A DNA stretch of 62,480 nucleotides, counting the filler, from Choristocarpus tenellus KU-1152 (taxonomy: Eukaryota > Protista > Phaeophyceae): the NCBI GenBank assembly GCA_964200185.2. It is 11 parts of 11 records of this genome, joined end to end, with 100 filler letters (N's around TTAATTAATTAA, not from the genome) between each part and the next. Parts side by side here need not be neighbours in the genome. Positions count along the whole stretch, not along the records: positions 31,948 to 41,977 come from CAXNAD020003196.1; positions 42,078 to 47,277 come from CAXNAD020011528.1; positions 47,378 to 52,647 come from CAXNAD020011300.1; 8 more parts are not named here. One strand, given 5' to 3'. A model generated the notes under the pieces. The model was not told the DNA's origin, did no database searches, and worked only from the letters and a program-made list of their open reading frames with translations. Both the position numbers and the translations under genes were made by a program. Positions 34,700 to 47,439 of the stretch are shown here, one piece after another (position 1 is the first letter of the stretch; every line of letters starts with the position of its first letter).

Positions 34700-35560
34700 T
34701 TGAAGGAGACTGAGACATGGAACACAAATATGGTGATGAAATATTGCGGAGGTGTCGATCACAATGATGAGAGGGAGGACCTGTCAAGTAGAACAGGACT
34801 TAGTGAGATCAAAGAAGTGACAACACTGAGCATCGGATGATCTACATATGTGCTTGCTGTGCAAATTGCTTCCAACTAGTCCAAGAATGGAAGGTGTGAC
34901 CCCCACCCCCTAAGATACACACAGGGATTTCATAGTGCAAGGTTTGAAGTATCCGCTATACCATTATTGTGACAGCAACCTGGACCACAACAATCTACTG
35001 ATGATGTAGATTATTGTATTTTCCGTAGTGTTGGAGTGTATCAGTCATTGTGCAGTAGGGGGGGTAGAGTATGTCATGCATGTCTTGGAAAACAGGAAGG
35101 CAGTGGGGTTGGATGAGCTCCTTATTCAACCCCCGAAGCTGGAACAATATGAGGATATCCTTCCTGTATAGGTTGTCTACAGGGTCATTTTTACTGTATG
35201 GTGGTCGGGGCAAGTACCTCAGGGATGAAAGGGTGCATATAATGTCATCAGAACTGTTGGGAAGAAGAAAGACCATGTTGAATTTGGTAACTACAGAGGA
35301 ATTTCCCTGGTGGAACACGCTGGTTATATGCTCCTCAAAGTCGTTCCATAATACCTTTGAGTCAATGTTGATCGGGAGGGCATACAGTATGAGAAGGAAC
35401 ATGGGTTCCAACCTAGGCATTCGACCATTGACAAGATACTTACAGGAGCTCAGGGGAGCAAGAAGGGCCCTCTTGCACATGTGATTGACCTGCAAAAGGC
35501 AGACGATTCTGTCCACCCCAACCTCCTCTGGACTGGACTAACCAAAATTATTGTGTGTGG
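34700..35560 (+). pseudogene. Decayed LINE (RTE-like) reverse transcriptase fragment
   Basis: Broken frames give [45 protein letters not shown] and IDLQKADDSV (RT domains 0-3). Confidence 0.75.
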
Positions 35561-35861
35561 AAAATGATTTCAATAAAACCTGACAATTCCATATCAGAAG
35601 GTGAACTGTTCAAACCCTGTATGTATTGAGTGGTTTTTGTATCATAAGACATCCTGATTGACAAAGGGGACTATTTGTGAGCTGTACCAGTTACAGTAGC
35701 TTGTTGCAATTGTGAATTATGTGCATTATGAGTGCACCACAAATTCCCATCTTCTTCATTGGCGTCAATGTTACCTTTGGGCCGAACCTACTAAGAACCT
35801 TTTGACCCTCCTTATCTTGGAGACACTCAAGGCCTCACTGAAGTAAAAACCACAAGTTATG

Positions 35862-36040
35862 GGCTCCAAGTATCTGGGAGGGGGTGGCGGCTGTCCACTT
35901 GGGGCCAATTTTTTCATCTTGCGATTTTTGGGTGACTTGGTTGTGCACGTCAGATGGATAATGCAAGTGAACCTTTCCTTGTTATGAACCAAATGGACAC
36001 CCTGGTGCGGACCTCCCCCCCCCCCCATATACTTTGGTTC
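35862..36040. mobile_element. MITE family B, full length
   Basis: GGCTCCAAGTATCTGGGAGGGG ... (C)nATATACTTTGGTTC. Confidence 0.88.
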
Positions 36041-36065
36041 GTGGTGTATATATGTATCAGCAACA

Positions 36066-37610
36066 CTATCTACGAACAGATGGTTCCTGGACCAGTCCAT
36101 GGGCAAGGCTTACATTCCTCCCCGGACTTGCCAGAGAGAGAGAGAGCCTTAGTGAGAGCATCGGCAAAAAGAAAGAGTTATTAGACGCGGTAAAGTGGTA
36201 CCAGTAGCTTCGCCCTCTGGGGTTATCAGCCATAACTTTTGATGTTGACATCGGATTAAAAATATAAAAGCATATTCGTGATACCCGTCACAAGACCCTC
36301 TAGAGTACGGGCTTTGTGTTTTTTCTCGTCATTTGTTCCTTTTTTGAAGAAAGAGCGCTCATATCGAGGTTCGAACCCTGGATTGTAGGTCACCAAGAGT
36401 GGCAACAGATGAACTATTACTTGATTGTAGAAGGGGTTTAGGCGGGAAAAAAGCCTCCCCACCCTTTCTCCCTGTGTGTGTTCGCGCACCCACTCTTTGA
36501 CCACGGCAAGGATGTCCTCATCGATGCCAAGAACAAAATACCTATTGTAGCGCCCTTGCTCCGACAACCTTGATGTGACCCTTAGTTAGGAAGTCTCTCT
36601 CCAATTTACTCACAGTTTACGGCCTGACTATCGCATATCCTGCTGCCATCTTGAGCGTCGTTTGACGGTCTTTCCCGTCGTTCATACACACGTACAGCAT
36701 TTGCAGTGTTAAAGCCTTCATTATCACATTTCCTTGTTGAGCGCCGGAAATGGGAGCTGTCCGTGTTTCCTCAATGGGTGATATTTTATCAAGGCGCAAG
36801 GGCAAGGGAGGACAGGCTTGCGTTGATAGAAAATTGTGTTGATTTCTCAAATGAATGCAGGCTGGGAGAAAGCCTTAATCAACTTTTTATGTCCAACCCC
36901 AAGTCCAGGAACAAAAGTGAATGTACGGCATCTTGCAAGAAGTGGGAGGCACCAAACCACTGGTGTGCAAATACTCTCAATCTCACCTCCTCTTCTTCCC
37001 TGGCGTTCTTGTCGATGAATTCCTCCACCTGCTTCGTGACCTCCTCAAAGTAAAGGATTTGGTAGTATCAAAAAGTCTCCACAGCTGCCTTTGTTACGAT
37101 CGCTTTCTCCTCCGCCTTGCGAGCCCTTTCGGGCTTCTTTCGGGCTTCAGAGCCCTTGTAGCCCAACCCTAGCACCTTCTTCTCATTTCCTTAAGCCACT
37201 CTGGCTCGCACAGCTTCCAAACAGCCAGGGCCTGCTGCAACTGTCGACTACTAAGATATTCTACACCCGGGTTTTCGCTTAGACATTTCCTGAGCGCAAT
37301 GGAACGCGGTCGCACTGCTCTCTTCCCCAATCTTCCCTTTTGGTGGCCACCCCGGTTCTCCCTTCGCCTACTGTGACCTGACTCCCCACAGACTTGGTCA
37401 CTGTACCACCTGGTGATGGACTCGCCGCTCTCATCCTGCTTTCCCAAGGTGGCAGAGACTGCAGAGCAATGCTCCGACGTGTTGAACCATGTTTGTGTAG
37501 TAATGATTTCAACGCATCTTCTCTTAGTGTCAGTGTCCCGGCCCCGTGATCCATTTTGCGATTTGATTATCCTGCTGCGCCATACTACTCACACTTTCTT
37601 GTCACCTAAC
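36066..37610 (-). pseudogene. Intronless disrupted ORF, candidate tyrosine recombinase (Crypton-like)
   Basis: About 500 codons joined across stops and frameshifts. Ordered motifs: AIVRP.TVSKL (R), HIKV..QGRY...LGID.DIL.VVKEW, KKHKART (HxxR), SKVMADNP, SYWYH (Y). Confidence 0.45.
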
Positions 37611-38308
37611 ATGGCACTGAGTTTCACATGGTACTTGCTTTTCTATTGTCTCTCGACAGAGAAGGTGCTGAGGGTAGTTCTAGGGGGCAGAGTGGCCTCG
37701 GCGACTCTCCTTGTCTCACTGTCGTGGCTCCTGTTGCTGTGGAAGTCACGTGTGTGTGTGCTAAAAGAAAGTTTGCAAAAGGCGTTTAAAAGATCGCCGG
37801 AAATATTTGGGGTTTTTTGGTACAGCCCACCGGCCAAATTTGGGCAGCGACGTACCCTGAACCAGGTTTCTGCAAGGAGTTCAGCCAACCACTTCATTTT
37901 TGTCCGTTTTGAAGTCGTGACCTTGAAAATTGCGCCGGAGATATTCCCCGGCGTTTTTTTCCATTATTTGATCGGGACATATAGCTCCCGTTCTCCAAAG
38001 CCTGTGCATTTATTTGTGGATACAAACCTTCAAAAGCTCTTGTCATACCCTTTCATGTGATATATATATGTATATCTTGTTGTATGACTGTTGTGGTGTT
38101 TGGGTGAAGAAAACCACGATTATCACAGAGCGTGAATCTACTGGTACACACCTTAGGGGGGTCGAGTTATCCACTGAACCCCCTTAAAAACGGGGGACCT
38201 TTGGCTGGATCACATCGGGTTTTTGGTGAATGCGTTCCATAGTTTTAAGATAATCCTGACGGTAACGCATGTGTAGGTTGCGGGTGGATCTTTCTCGCTC
38301 TTGTCTGC

Positions 38309-38566
38309 GAGTCAAAGTATCTTAGAGGGTAGAGCCGCGTCCGCTTGGGGCCGAAATCCAATGTTGCGATTTTGATGTAATTTGGCTATCATGTTTGTTA
38401 GGAAGTGTGAATATCCTTGTTCCGAACACACCTTTTCATAACGTACACATTTTACCTACTCTGAAATGTTTCGGAGTAGGTAAAAATGTCATAAAAAACC
38501 TGAGGGAAGTCAAGCCCCAAACGGACAAACAGGGCAAAACTCATGCTCTCTAAGATACTTTCACTC
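38309..38566. mobile_element. MITE family A, full length, TSD CTGC
   Basis: GAGTCAAAGTATCTTAGAGGGTA ... TAAGATACTTTCACTC, with CTGC on both sides. Confidence 0.94.
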
Positions 38567-39000
38567 CTGCCGAATCGAGACTCAGTCAATTCAGCCTGTG
38601 CACGTAACTCATTAATTTCACTTCTCAATTGCGCTTCCACCTCTCTGTGACGATGCACCGGAATCATGCTTTCCCTCTGGGATGACCTTGGCGAGACAGA
38701 CCTTTATGGTGAGGAATCTCTGATTTGGCTGCGATATCCAAGGGAACGGGTTCAGTCTCTGTGCTCTTCTCTAGCCCTCCGCGAGTCTCGTTTGGAGTGC
38801 CTGTCCCAGAATCTCGACCTGGAACGGGGTCTGCCACGAGTGGAAGATTTAAAGTGGACACGTTCTCTTGACCTGCCTCATTGTTCTGTGGAATCGATGG
38901 GGCTTCTGCGGGAATTTTCGCGAGATGCGGCAGTGGGCTGGAACCTCTCCGAATAATTTATTCCTGGAGGAATCTCTTCATCAGAGAAGAGTTTGATTCC

Positions 39001-39175
39001 GTGCGAACCCTGTGAGCCAGACATATCTGCGTATCTGGGGAATAAAGAATATCATGGCACAAGAATCGGGAGTGATCTCTGCATCAGACGAGACTTCAAT
39101 TCTGTGCGAACCCTGTGAGCCAGACATATCTGCGTACCTGGGGAATAGAGAACAACATGACACAAAAATCGGGAG
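39001..39175. repeat. ~102-bp tandem duplication, probably in the leader of a decayed retroelement
   Basis: GTGCGAACCCTGTGAGCCAGACATATCTGCGTA.CTGGGGAATA occurs at ~39001 and ~39103. Confidence 0.75.
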
Positions 39176-39395
39176 TTTGAGTATATGAGCGGTGAGAAAT
39201 AGCTGCCTAAGCAACATCTATACCATAGTGGTCAAAGACCACTCGTTTACGATCGGAGGTGTATGGTGCCTCCCTTGAAGCCACAGATGCCATCTGTCAG
39301 TCCCTTCCTCCAAGTGAGTAGGTGGTGAAAGCACGTGAAGCAAATCCAATGAGACGACGAAACCAAGCAGAAGAAGATCCAGGCCATAGTAGGGA

Positions 39396-39617
39396 CCCTG
39401 TTTGTCCATTTGTGGCTTCCCATGTTTTTTTAAAGACATTTTCCTACTCCAAAATATTACGAGTAGGTAAAATGTATACTTTATGAAAAGGCGTGTCCGG
39501 AACAAGGATATATAGAGACTTCCTAACAAACGCGACAGCCAAAATTACATCAAAATCGCAACATTGGAGTGTGCCCCCCAAATGGACGTGGATCTACACT
39601 CCAAGATACTTTGGCTC
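39396..39617. mobile_element. MITE family A, one end truncated
   Basis: Internal family A sequence ending CCAAGATACTTTGGCTC. Confidence 0.85.
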
Positions 39618-40810
39618 GGAGGTACCAAGATCCCAAATGCTAAGGTGAATTCTGAGTATTCTCTCCACAGTTTGAAGAGACAAGGTAGGACCACCATATT
39701 ACAGCACACTCCATAGCTTACCTCCATGGGATGTATAGCTCCGGTTCACAAGCCCACAGGTGACGCTGATACACGTACAGGACTCCTGATGCACAAGTCG
39801 TCAAGTCTGCTGGATCTCTCACTAGATTGTTCCCTTCATAAGTATAAATGATCATTATATAAAAGGAACTGGCAACAATGTGCCACCTCGGAGCATGATA
39901 ATGACTAAATAATAAATATACAAATAAAATAATAAGTGTGGGTGAAAGACACAGAGATCATTGAAGCGATAGAACCCAACTGCTTGGCACTCGTTATGGT
40001 TAGAGAAGCAGGACAACAGAGTGGCTGAGCTATCTCTCCTACTCGTTGACCTCAATCGGGTACTAAGTAATTAGGTAGGATGTGGTGTGGCACGAGATTA
40101 AGAGGGATTCCAATTGCTGTGCGTCGAAAAAAAGTTGTGAGTACCACTGTAACTAAAATTTGCAGTATATTACAGTGTACTTCCCTGTGCATTACATAAG
40201 ATAAAATCAGGGCTTTTCACCACGCTGGGCAGTTGGCATGTCCTCTCTTGACCATACGGGCTGCAGCTTTCCCATGTTGAAACGGAAACGGTCCATCGCC
40301 ATGGACTCCATCATGTTCTAAGCTGGGTTGTACAAGACCAGCTGGTGGTTCTGGTCTTATTGACCAGTGACCGATATGGACTTGGCCATGTACTTGGTTG
40401 TCCATGACCATCTATGGCTGACGTCATATTTTTTTGACACTCATGCCCGCCACGTCATGTCCATAACTCCCTACTTTCCCATTTACTCTATTAATACTTG
40501 TATATTGTATCCTATACCATTAAATACTATGCTACTATTGTGAGTACTACATTTATTCTTCCTACGTTCGGAATTAAATGTAACATGACTTTTGCAGCGC
40601 AAATGAAGATGCAAGATATACATTTCACAAGTTCATATATTTTACGGGTGTATTATGCAGACACTAAAACGTTGCCCATCACTATCTCAACCAAAATGGA
40701 GCAGCCTACACCTATCTAAGATTCCTCCCCTGAAGCCCTCCAACACAACATTCCACTATGATATTTTATCGCATCCACCAGGGCATTTGGAGGGAGGTTT
40801 GCCCGCCTTC

Positions 40811-41530
40811 TCAGACTTTTCCTTGTTCAGAAGGGAAATTTTGAAGGCATTGTCCCCCTTGGACCCCAGCATTACTGCAGACTGCTAAGAGGCTCTGCCA
40901 GACGCGCTCCAGTGTCCCCCAGTGGTACACATCGAACACCTCTATTGTGGCCTCCACCGGCTCCTCCATGTTGTTGGTCACCCCCACGTCTTCCTTCAGT
41001 TGCTGGATGGAATGAAAGAATCCCAGATCATTGGCATTGGGGTCAGGAGAGTTGGCTGACTGGTTCTCTATTACAACACCATCCCCCGCCACCTCCTCGA
41101 ATGCCTCCATGATCCCCCCCTTGCTGTGTGGCTTTGCCCCATTCTGCTCATGAAGATGGCGTGTCCTTCCGGACTAGGCATGCGGACCTTGATTGAAGGG
41201 ATAACATCCTCGATCACGAGCTTCTTATACCTCGCCCCATCCACCGTGGCTGGCATAGGCACCTTGGTGTCCTTGGGGCGGTGTTAATTGGATCGCTAAG
41301 CGATGTTAGTGTTCATGATTGGCCAGATCCCGATTTTCCCATTAAACCACATCCTGTTGGAGAGCAATTCCTAGGGCAGGCCACAGCTGCAAGGAACATC
41401 ACCTTCGGAATCTAGCACTTATTCTATGCCTGTGGGAATTGGGGATTCTTCAATGGGGTGCAGATACACACCTTGCACATATTTGAGGATTTAAAACCAC
41501 TTCTTATCCACATGCACCCAATAATATAGG
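40811..41530 (-). pseudogene. Decayed Tc1/mariner transposase (plant/oomycete DD39D-like)
   Basis: WVHVDKKWF, PKVMFLAAVA, FNGKIGIWP, Q(N)GAKPH, NQSANSPDPNANDLGFFHSIQ. Stops and frameshifts present. Confidence 0.85.
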
Positions 41531-41818
41531 TTGTGTTGAAACCTGATCTCGTATGAGTTGTGCATTGTTGTGATGTGTCTGGTTTATGGTGAAGAGAATC
41601 AATGTGCAACAAAGCACTAATAAATTTGTTCTGGTAGGTCTGATGGCTTGTTTTACTCAATCAGACAATGTTCGATGTAAAGGTATGTTTGGTTGTGCTG
41701 TGATCAACACGTTTAGAGACAGGTGTGTGTCATAGTTCAACAAGACATCTGCGGGTTCGGTCTGGTGCATCTCAAGGGATGCTTTACTCAATCAGACTTT
41801 AGTTGGAGTTAAATGTGT

Positions 41819-41977
41819 GGTTCAAAGTATCTGGGAGGGGGTGGCGGCTGTTCGTTTGGGATCATTTTTTCATGTCGCGATATTTGGGTGATTTGGTTGC
41901 ATACATGGATGGATAATGTAAACGCACTTTTCCTGATTTGGGGCGAAATGGACACCCTGGTGTAGACTCCCCCTCCC
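41819..41977. mobile_element. MITE family B, cut by gap
   Basis: GGTTCAAAGTATCTGGGAGGGGG ... GGACACCCTGGTGTAGACTCCCC. Confidence 0.88.
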
Positions 41978-42529
41978 NNNNNNNNNNNNNNNNNNNNNNN
42001 NNNNNNNNNNNNNNNNNNNNNTTAATTAATTAANNNNNNNNNNNNNNNNNNNNNNNNNNNNNNNNNNNNNNNNNNNNATAGATTCAACAACAACAACAAA
42101 AGGCATTCTTTCCTAAAGATCGACCCTACCAAACTTCCCTCCCCCCCCCCCCCCCCCCCCTCCAAAAAAAAAGGTCTGCACTACGACTAAGCGGTGAAAA
42201 AAAAACAAAAAAAACACAATCAAACCACACCCTAGGATGATCGTTACCAAAACATCAACTGTCACCATTACACCAACTACAATTTTTCTTAAAAAAAAAA
42301 GAAGCCACTATGTAACAAATGTTCATTCACACCATCACAGCACACACCACAACAAAAAGGATGGCAATAGACAATCCACAACAACCCCCAAAAATCACAA
42401 AAAAAAACAACCGGACAAAACTCTCGAGGGAACCAGCCACTTGAGAAAAACAACAACAACAACAACAACTAAGGACTCCCGCCACAACCACACTTCCATC
42501 ACAAATCGCCTTTCTGGTCCCAATCTCAC

Positions 42530-42920
42530 CCCAATCTGCTCCGGTATCAGACCGTTCTTGAGGAACCTGGTGACACACTTCTCCACCACTGCGGCCTCAG
42601 TCCGATTGAGGTACGACGTCCCCGAGGAGGATATCTCCTCCACGCCGGAGGACATGAGGAAGAACATAGGCTTCGATGGCATCGGCCATGGGAACTCGAT
42701 CTACCAACGGGATACCCGCACGCACGCACGCACGCACGCACGCACACACACGCACGCACACATTAGTTGTACACACACACACACACACCACACACGAGGC
42801 GCACAATAGATAACGGACGTGTTTATTTTTGAAAATAAAAAAATAAAAAAATAAATCGGGATGTGGTGTGAGACCTTCAAGGTGTTCGGTGTTCTTTCTG
42901 TCAAAGAGCATCGTGAGAAG

Positions 42921-42964
<44 letters not shown>

Positions 42965-44498
42965 AGGACCAAATTATACTTCTTTTTTGTTTGTCAAATA
43001 TTAAAAAGAATGTTTGCGCTTAAAAAATCAATACTCTCGTCGTCCATCCGCATGTCACACAACCGGCCAACGCAGGGTATTTATTTATTCACTACCAAAA
43101 CTTCACCGCCCCCCTCCCCCCACGAAACACAACTCTGTTCAAAACAGCGCGTGTGTTCTTGCCATCAGCGGGAGTGGTCTCCAATCACAGAACTTGTACC
43201 TTTTATGGGACAGAACTTGTACCCTTTATGGGGATAGAACTTGTACCCTGAGCACGTTGCGGTAGAAATGCTGTTGGTTTGTATTGTATTGTTTTGTATT
43301 GTATTGAAAGACTTTTAAACTAAAGAGGCACTCGGAACACAAACCACTGACCATAGTAAGCACCCCCCCCCCCAAGAAACAAAAACCAGTACCTGACTCA
43401 TGGTTCTCTCTCCCTCCGTGACTCCATTCTGAAGCGTACCCTCATAGAACATGTTGGACGGCCACTCCGACAGACACGGATGCATCCGGTACTGAACCTA
43501 CAAGACGAGGGAGACTTGCACAGATCATATTCTCAAGCGAAAAAACTTCAATGACATCACTTAACATCATCAATGACATAATCTAACATCATCAACGACA
43601 TCATTTCAGCGAGGGGGATTCGTCGTTCATGACTGTTGATGCTTTTCACTTTCAACCGCCAGACGTCAAAACATCAATGTTCACAGGGCGACTCTCTGCC
43701 CCTGTGAGAACAGTGTCATCTCCATGTTGTCATCTCAATGCTGTCATCTAAATATCAGTTCAATGTTCGAAAAAATCACAAGGAAGGGGATTGGAATCTA
43801 CCCATCATAATCCATGGGCCGTCCGTCACACAACCAATCGCGTGCTCCATATCTGAGAAATCATCTCAATCTTTGAGTTTACCCTCTTCCAATACTCAAG
43901 ACCGTGCTTCAATGTTTAACCTCCTGAAAGTACCTGAAAGTACCTGGGAACACGGACCAGTCGGGGTTCAGTCCCAAAACCTCTGATTTTGTCAAACATT
44001 TAGATGCTACCACTGTTCCACTTCCAATGGGTTTGGCATCATACTTCAAAGTGGCTTGTACTATCAATCAACGCACTCAAATACCTGCAGTCGAACAGGT
44101 CGAATGCCTAGTAAAACCAGTCTCTCAAAGAGGGACTGTGTGAGTCCAGCCTTGGCGGACTTCTTGCAGAGAACCACAGGTCCCAGCTGGCAATGGTCCC
44201 CAACCAGTACCAGTTGCTTGGCACCAAGTACAATGGGGATGAGACACTCTGCCTCCATGGCCTGAGTTGCTTCGTCAATAAGTACCTAACAATGATGTCA
44301 TAAAAGACCATGTGACATCCATGGCACAGGCAGCAAAGTGCCATAAATCAGATGTGTGTGTGTGTGTGTGGGGGGGGGATGATAAAAGTGTTCACTCCAG
44401 AATAATTCCAAGGGAAAGCGGGGCAAGGATCACTCCTATTGATCCCCCACTGTGGCAGTTGCAAAATGAGTATGTATGTATGTATGTATGTATGTATG

Positions 44499-44529
<31 letters not shown>

Positions 44530-45863
44530 TTATTGATCATGATTTCAAGATACATAAACTAAATTTACAAAAATCACACACAAATGCTCTTAATCTGAAC
44601 TCTTTTATTTATTTATTTTTCAGTGGGCATTCATACGCGCACCGACGGAAAAAAAATATTCATGGAAAAAAAATATTCATGAAACAAACAACTGCAAATT
44701 ACATTCCAGTGAAAAACCTGTGCCTCAATTTGTCTAATTTTGTAAGCTCCACGACGTTCACCAAAACATTGGCAGTTTCCAGAAGGCAGAAAAGTACAAC
44801 TCCGAAAGAATGTTTGATTCTACCATGTGAGTTGACCTTCATACATCTACAAAAATAAAATAAGAAAAAAGAGAGAGCCATTACGCTTCCCAACCAATTC
44901 ACCTGGTGCTCCTGTCCAACAATTCCCATCCCTAACCCTAAGCTTCTGCACTCTGTCTCCCGTGGCCTTAAAAAAATCGGAGGTTTGACTGTTACAAACA
45001 ATACCTAAAATGGGCACGATACAACCCCCCTCCCCCAAGAAAAAAAACTACTAACTACTAAGTTACTAAGTTCAATGCAGTTACTATAGATAGCCTTCAA
45101 TCTAGAATGTTGTGATACTTCGACAAAGGGATGCAACCTCTCCAAACCTATCAGTATCACCATCTTTAGGAGAATTGCAATACAACAATAAAAATGTAGT
45201 AACAAATTTCATTGGGGGTGGGGGTGGCGAAGGGACAACAACATGATGAGGACAAAGTGGGAGAGGAGAGGAGAGGAGAGGAGGTGAAGGAGAATGGGAA
45301 AAACAGGACGGTCCAAAGAACAGATTATAAAGTGTTCAAGTTTGATTGACTTTGTAAAGTCAAAATGATCAAAACAACGCTTCCGTATTGTAGAAGAATA
45401 CTCATCAGCCCCAACCCCATAAGAGGGCTATCAGGACAAAAAGAACAATAAAAAAAATAAAAACAACACCAACTCCGCAAAACAAATATATATATATATA
45501 TATATATTTTCTCAAAAATTCAACAAACGATACACTCTGTCAATAAATTAAAATATAAGAACTCGCACCAATAACAACCGAGCCCTTACACTCAAGAGCC
45601 CTCCAATCATATTCACCCCCCCCTCCCCCTCCCCTTCCAGCCACTTCCTGTTCCCATCCTCTCTGGTCAACTGCTACAAAGAAGCCCTCACCCCCCCCCC
45701 AAAAAAACCTCACCTGTCGGAATCTTAGATTCAAGTTGCACAGGCGAGGATCCCCGGCACCCACACAGGTAGTACATATAACATCTGCAGCCTGCAGAAT
45801 CTCTTTTTCTGCTAGAGACCTCAGGTGACGGAATCGTTTTTCATCTGCTGCGACCAACTCCCC
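42530..45863 (-). CDS. UPF1: UPF1 / regulator of nonsense transcripts 1 SF1 RNA helicase, four internal exons
   Basis: Phase-0 exons 45863-45714 ([16 protein letters not shown]), 44285-44085 ([15 protein letters not shown]...[11 protein letters not shown]...QSLFERL), 43497-43393 (VQYRMHP.LSE.PSN.FYEG.LQNG) and 42700-42530 ([16 protein letters not shown]...EQIG). Confidence 0.95.
43188..43247. repeat. 23-bp minisatellite (~2.6 copies) in a UPF1 intron
   Basis: CAGAACTTGTACC(T/C)TTTATGGG repeated. Confidence 0.8.
44471..44527. repeat. (TATG)n microsatellite; others nearby are (GCAC)n ~42717 and (AGAT)n/(AG)n ~42925
   Basis: Directly visible perfect tandem repeats. Confidence 0.95.
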
Positions 45864-47172
45864 CTGAAAGAACAATAAAAATAACAAAAATGACAATAGA
45901 ATATTTAATATTTGAAAAATGATCTTAAGATTGATACCCCGTCTAACGGGGGTAGGGGGGGGTGTTGATTAGTTTCAAAAGTCCCTTGTGTAACAACTGC
46001 GTGTAGGAAGGTGGGGGAGGCTCAACTCACCTGGCGATGCATTGACATCAAGTGGTCTTGTCTTCCCTAACCCTAAGCACAGACACAGATAGAATTAAAA
46101 TGTTAAAATGTAAGACAAAATACAAGCAATACATTATGCTGACGATCAGTACTGTTCCAAAAAATAAAAAAATCCCTCTTAAAACGCAATGGTATCTGCT
46201 ATTTCAAACACGGGCACGGAGTTAAAATGTAAGACAAATACACTGCACAAGCTTTCGATAAAGGCCTTGAACCTCAAAAAAGGCTAAAATCGCCCTCCCT
46301 CCCTGTCCCCCCTCCCCTCCCCTTTCTATCAGAATACGTTTTCACTCTCTCTCCAATACACCAAAAATTGGTGAAATAAAATAAAAAATGAAACATTTAA
46401 AATCAAACGAGCGTTCATTACTCAGAAAAAAAAATCAAAAACTGTCCAAATTTATCAAAGCACAACAACAGCACATACCACATCTATAAATAATAATAAT
46501 AATAATAATAATAAGACACACACACACACACAGAGCTATACACACACCTTCACACAAACAAATCAGTCACAGTGATAAGACAGGGCGATGTACCTCCCCA
46601 AGGGCAGAATAAACTCCTCACAAACACACACCAGGAAAACAAACAAAAGACTACTACCAATAGCGGACACACACCACTTTGTAAAACATTTTTCTTTTGT
46701 TGTCAGAAAAGGATGAGGTCACCTCTCGAACAGAAAAAGTATCAACGCCTCCAAAAAAATATGGAGGCTTGTAACCCCATGCTCGATAATTAAACCATTT
46801 TTTCTTCTAAATAAGAAGTTCTCCAGTGCCACAATGAAATAAGGTCCCTCTCCAACGAAAAAAAATCCATTTCCATTTTTAAATAAGACAGTTACAGGCA
46901 TCACAACGAAATAAGGCCCGTTTCTAACAAAAAAAATACGTTTTTATTTTCTAAATAAGAAAGTTATCACACGCCACAACGATACAAGGCCCGTTTCCAA
47001 CTAAAAATTTCTTATTTTTTCCACGGGTCTAAAATAAAAAAAGCTTTGCTTCTTATCTCCTGTTCCTGCAAACTAGCAAAAAATAAGAAATTTTGGATTT
47101 TTTCGTAGTATCTATTATTTTTTCCCCCTCATTCAGGGACAGCCCCACTCACTCCAACAAATAAAATCTTAC

Positions 47173-47208
<36 letters not shown>

Positions 47209-47377
47209 TTCTCCTCCCCCCCCTTCTCCCCCCCCCCCCCATCCATCCATAAATAATCTTCTCACTGGTACCATTCTNNNNNNNNNNNNNNNNNNNNNNN
47301 NNNNNNNNNNNNNNNNNNNNNTTAATTAATTAANNNNNNNNNNNNNNNNNNNNNNNNNNNNNNNNNNNNNNNNNNNN

Positions 47378-47427
47378 CCAAATGGACAAACAGGACAAAA
47401 TTCGTACCCTCTAAGATACTTTGGCTC
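47378..47427. mobile_element. MITE family A terminus at contig start
   Basis: CCAAATGGACAAACAGG...CGTACCCTCTAAGATACTTTGGCTC. Confidence 0.85.
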
Positions 47428-47439
47428 ATTCTTTTTCAC

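Noticed and set aside
42237-42911. Several ORFs rich in T/H/V/C/R
   Set aside because: Products of microsatellites and the antisense strand of a UPF1 exon.
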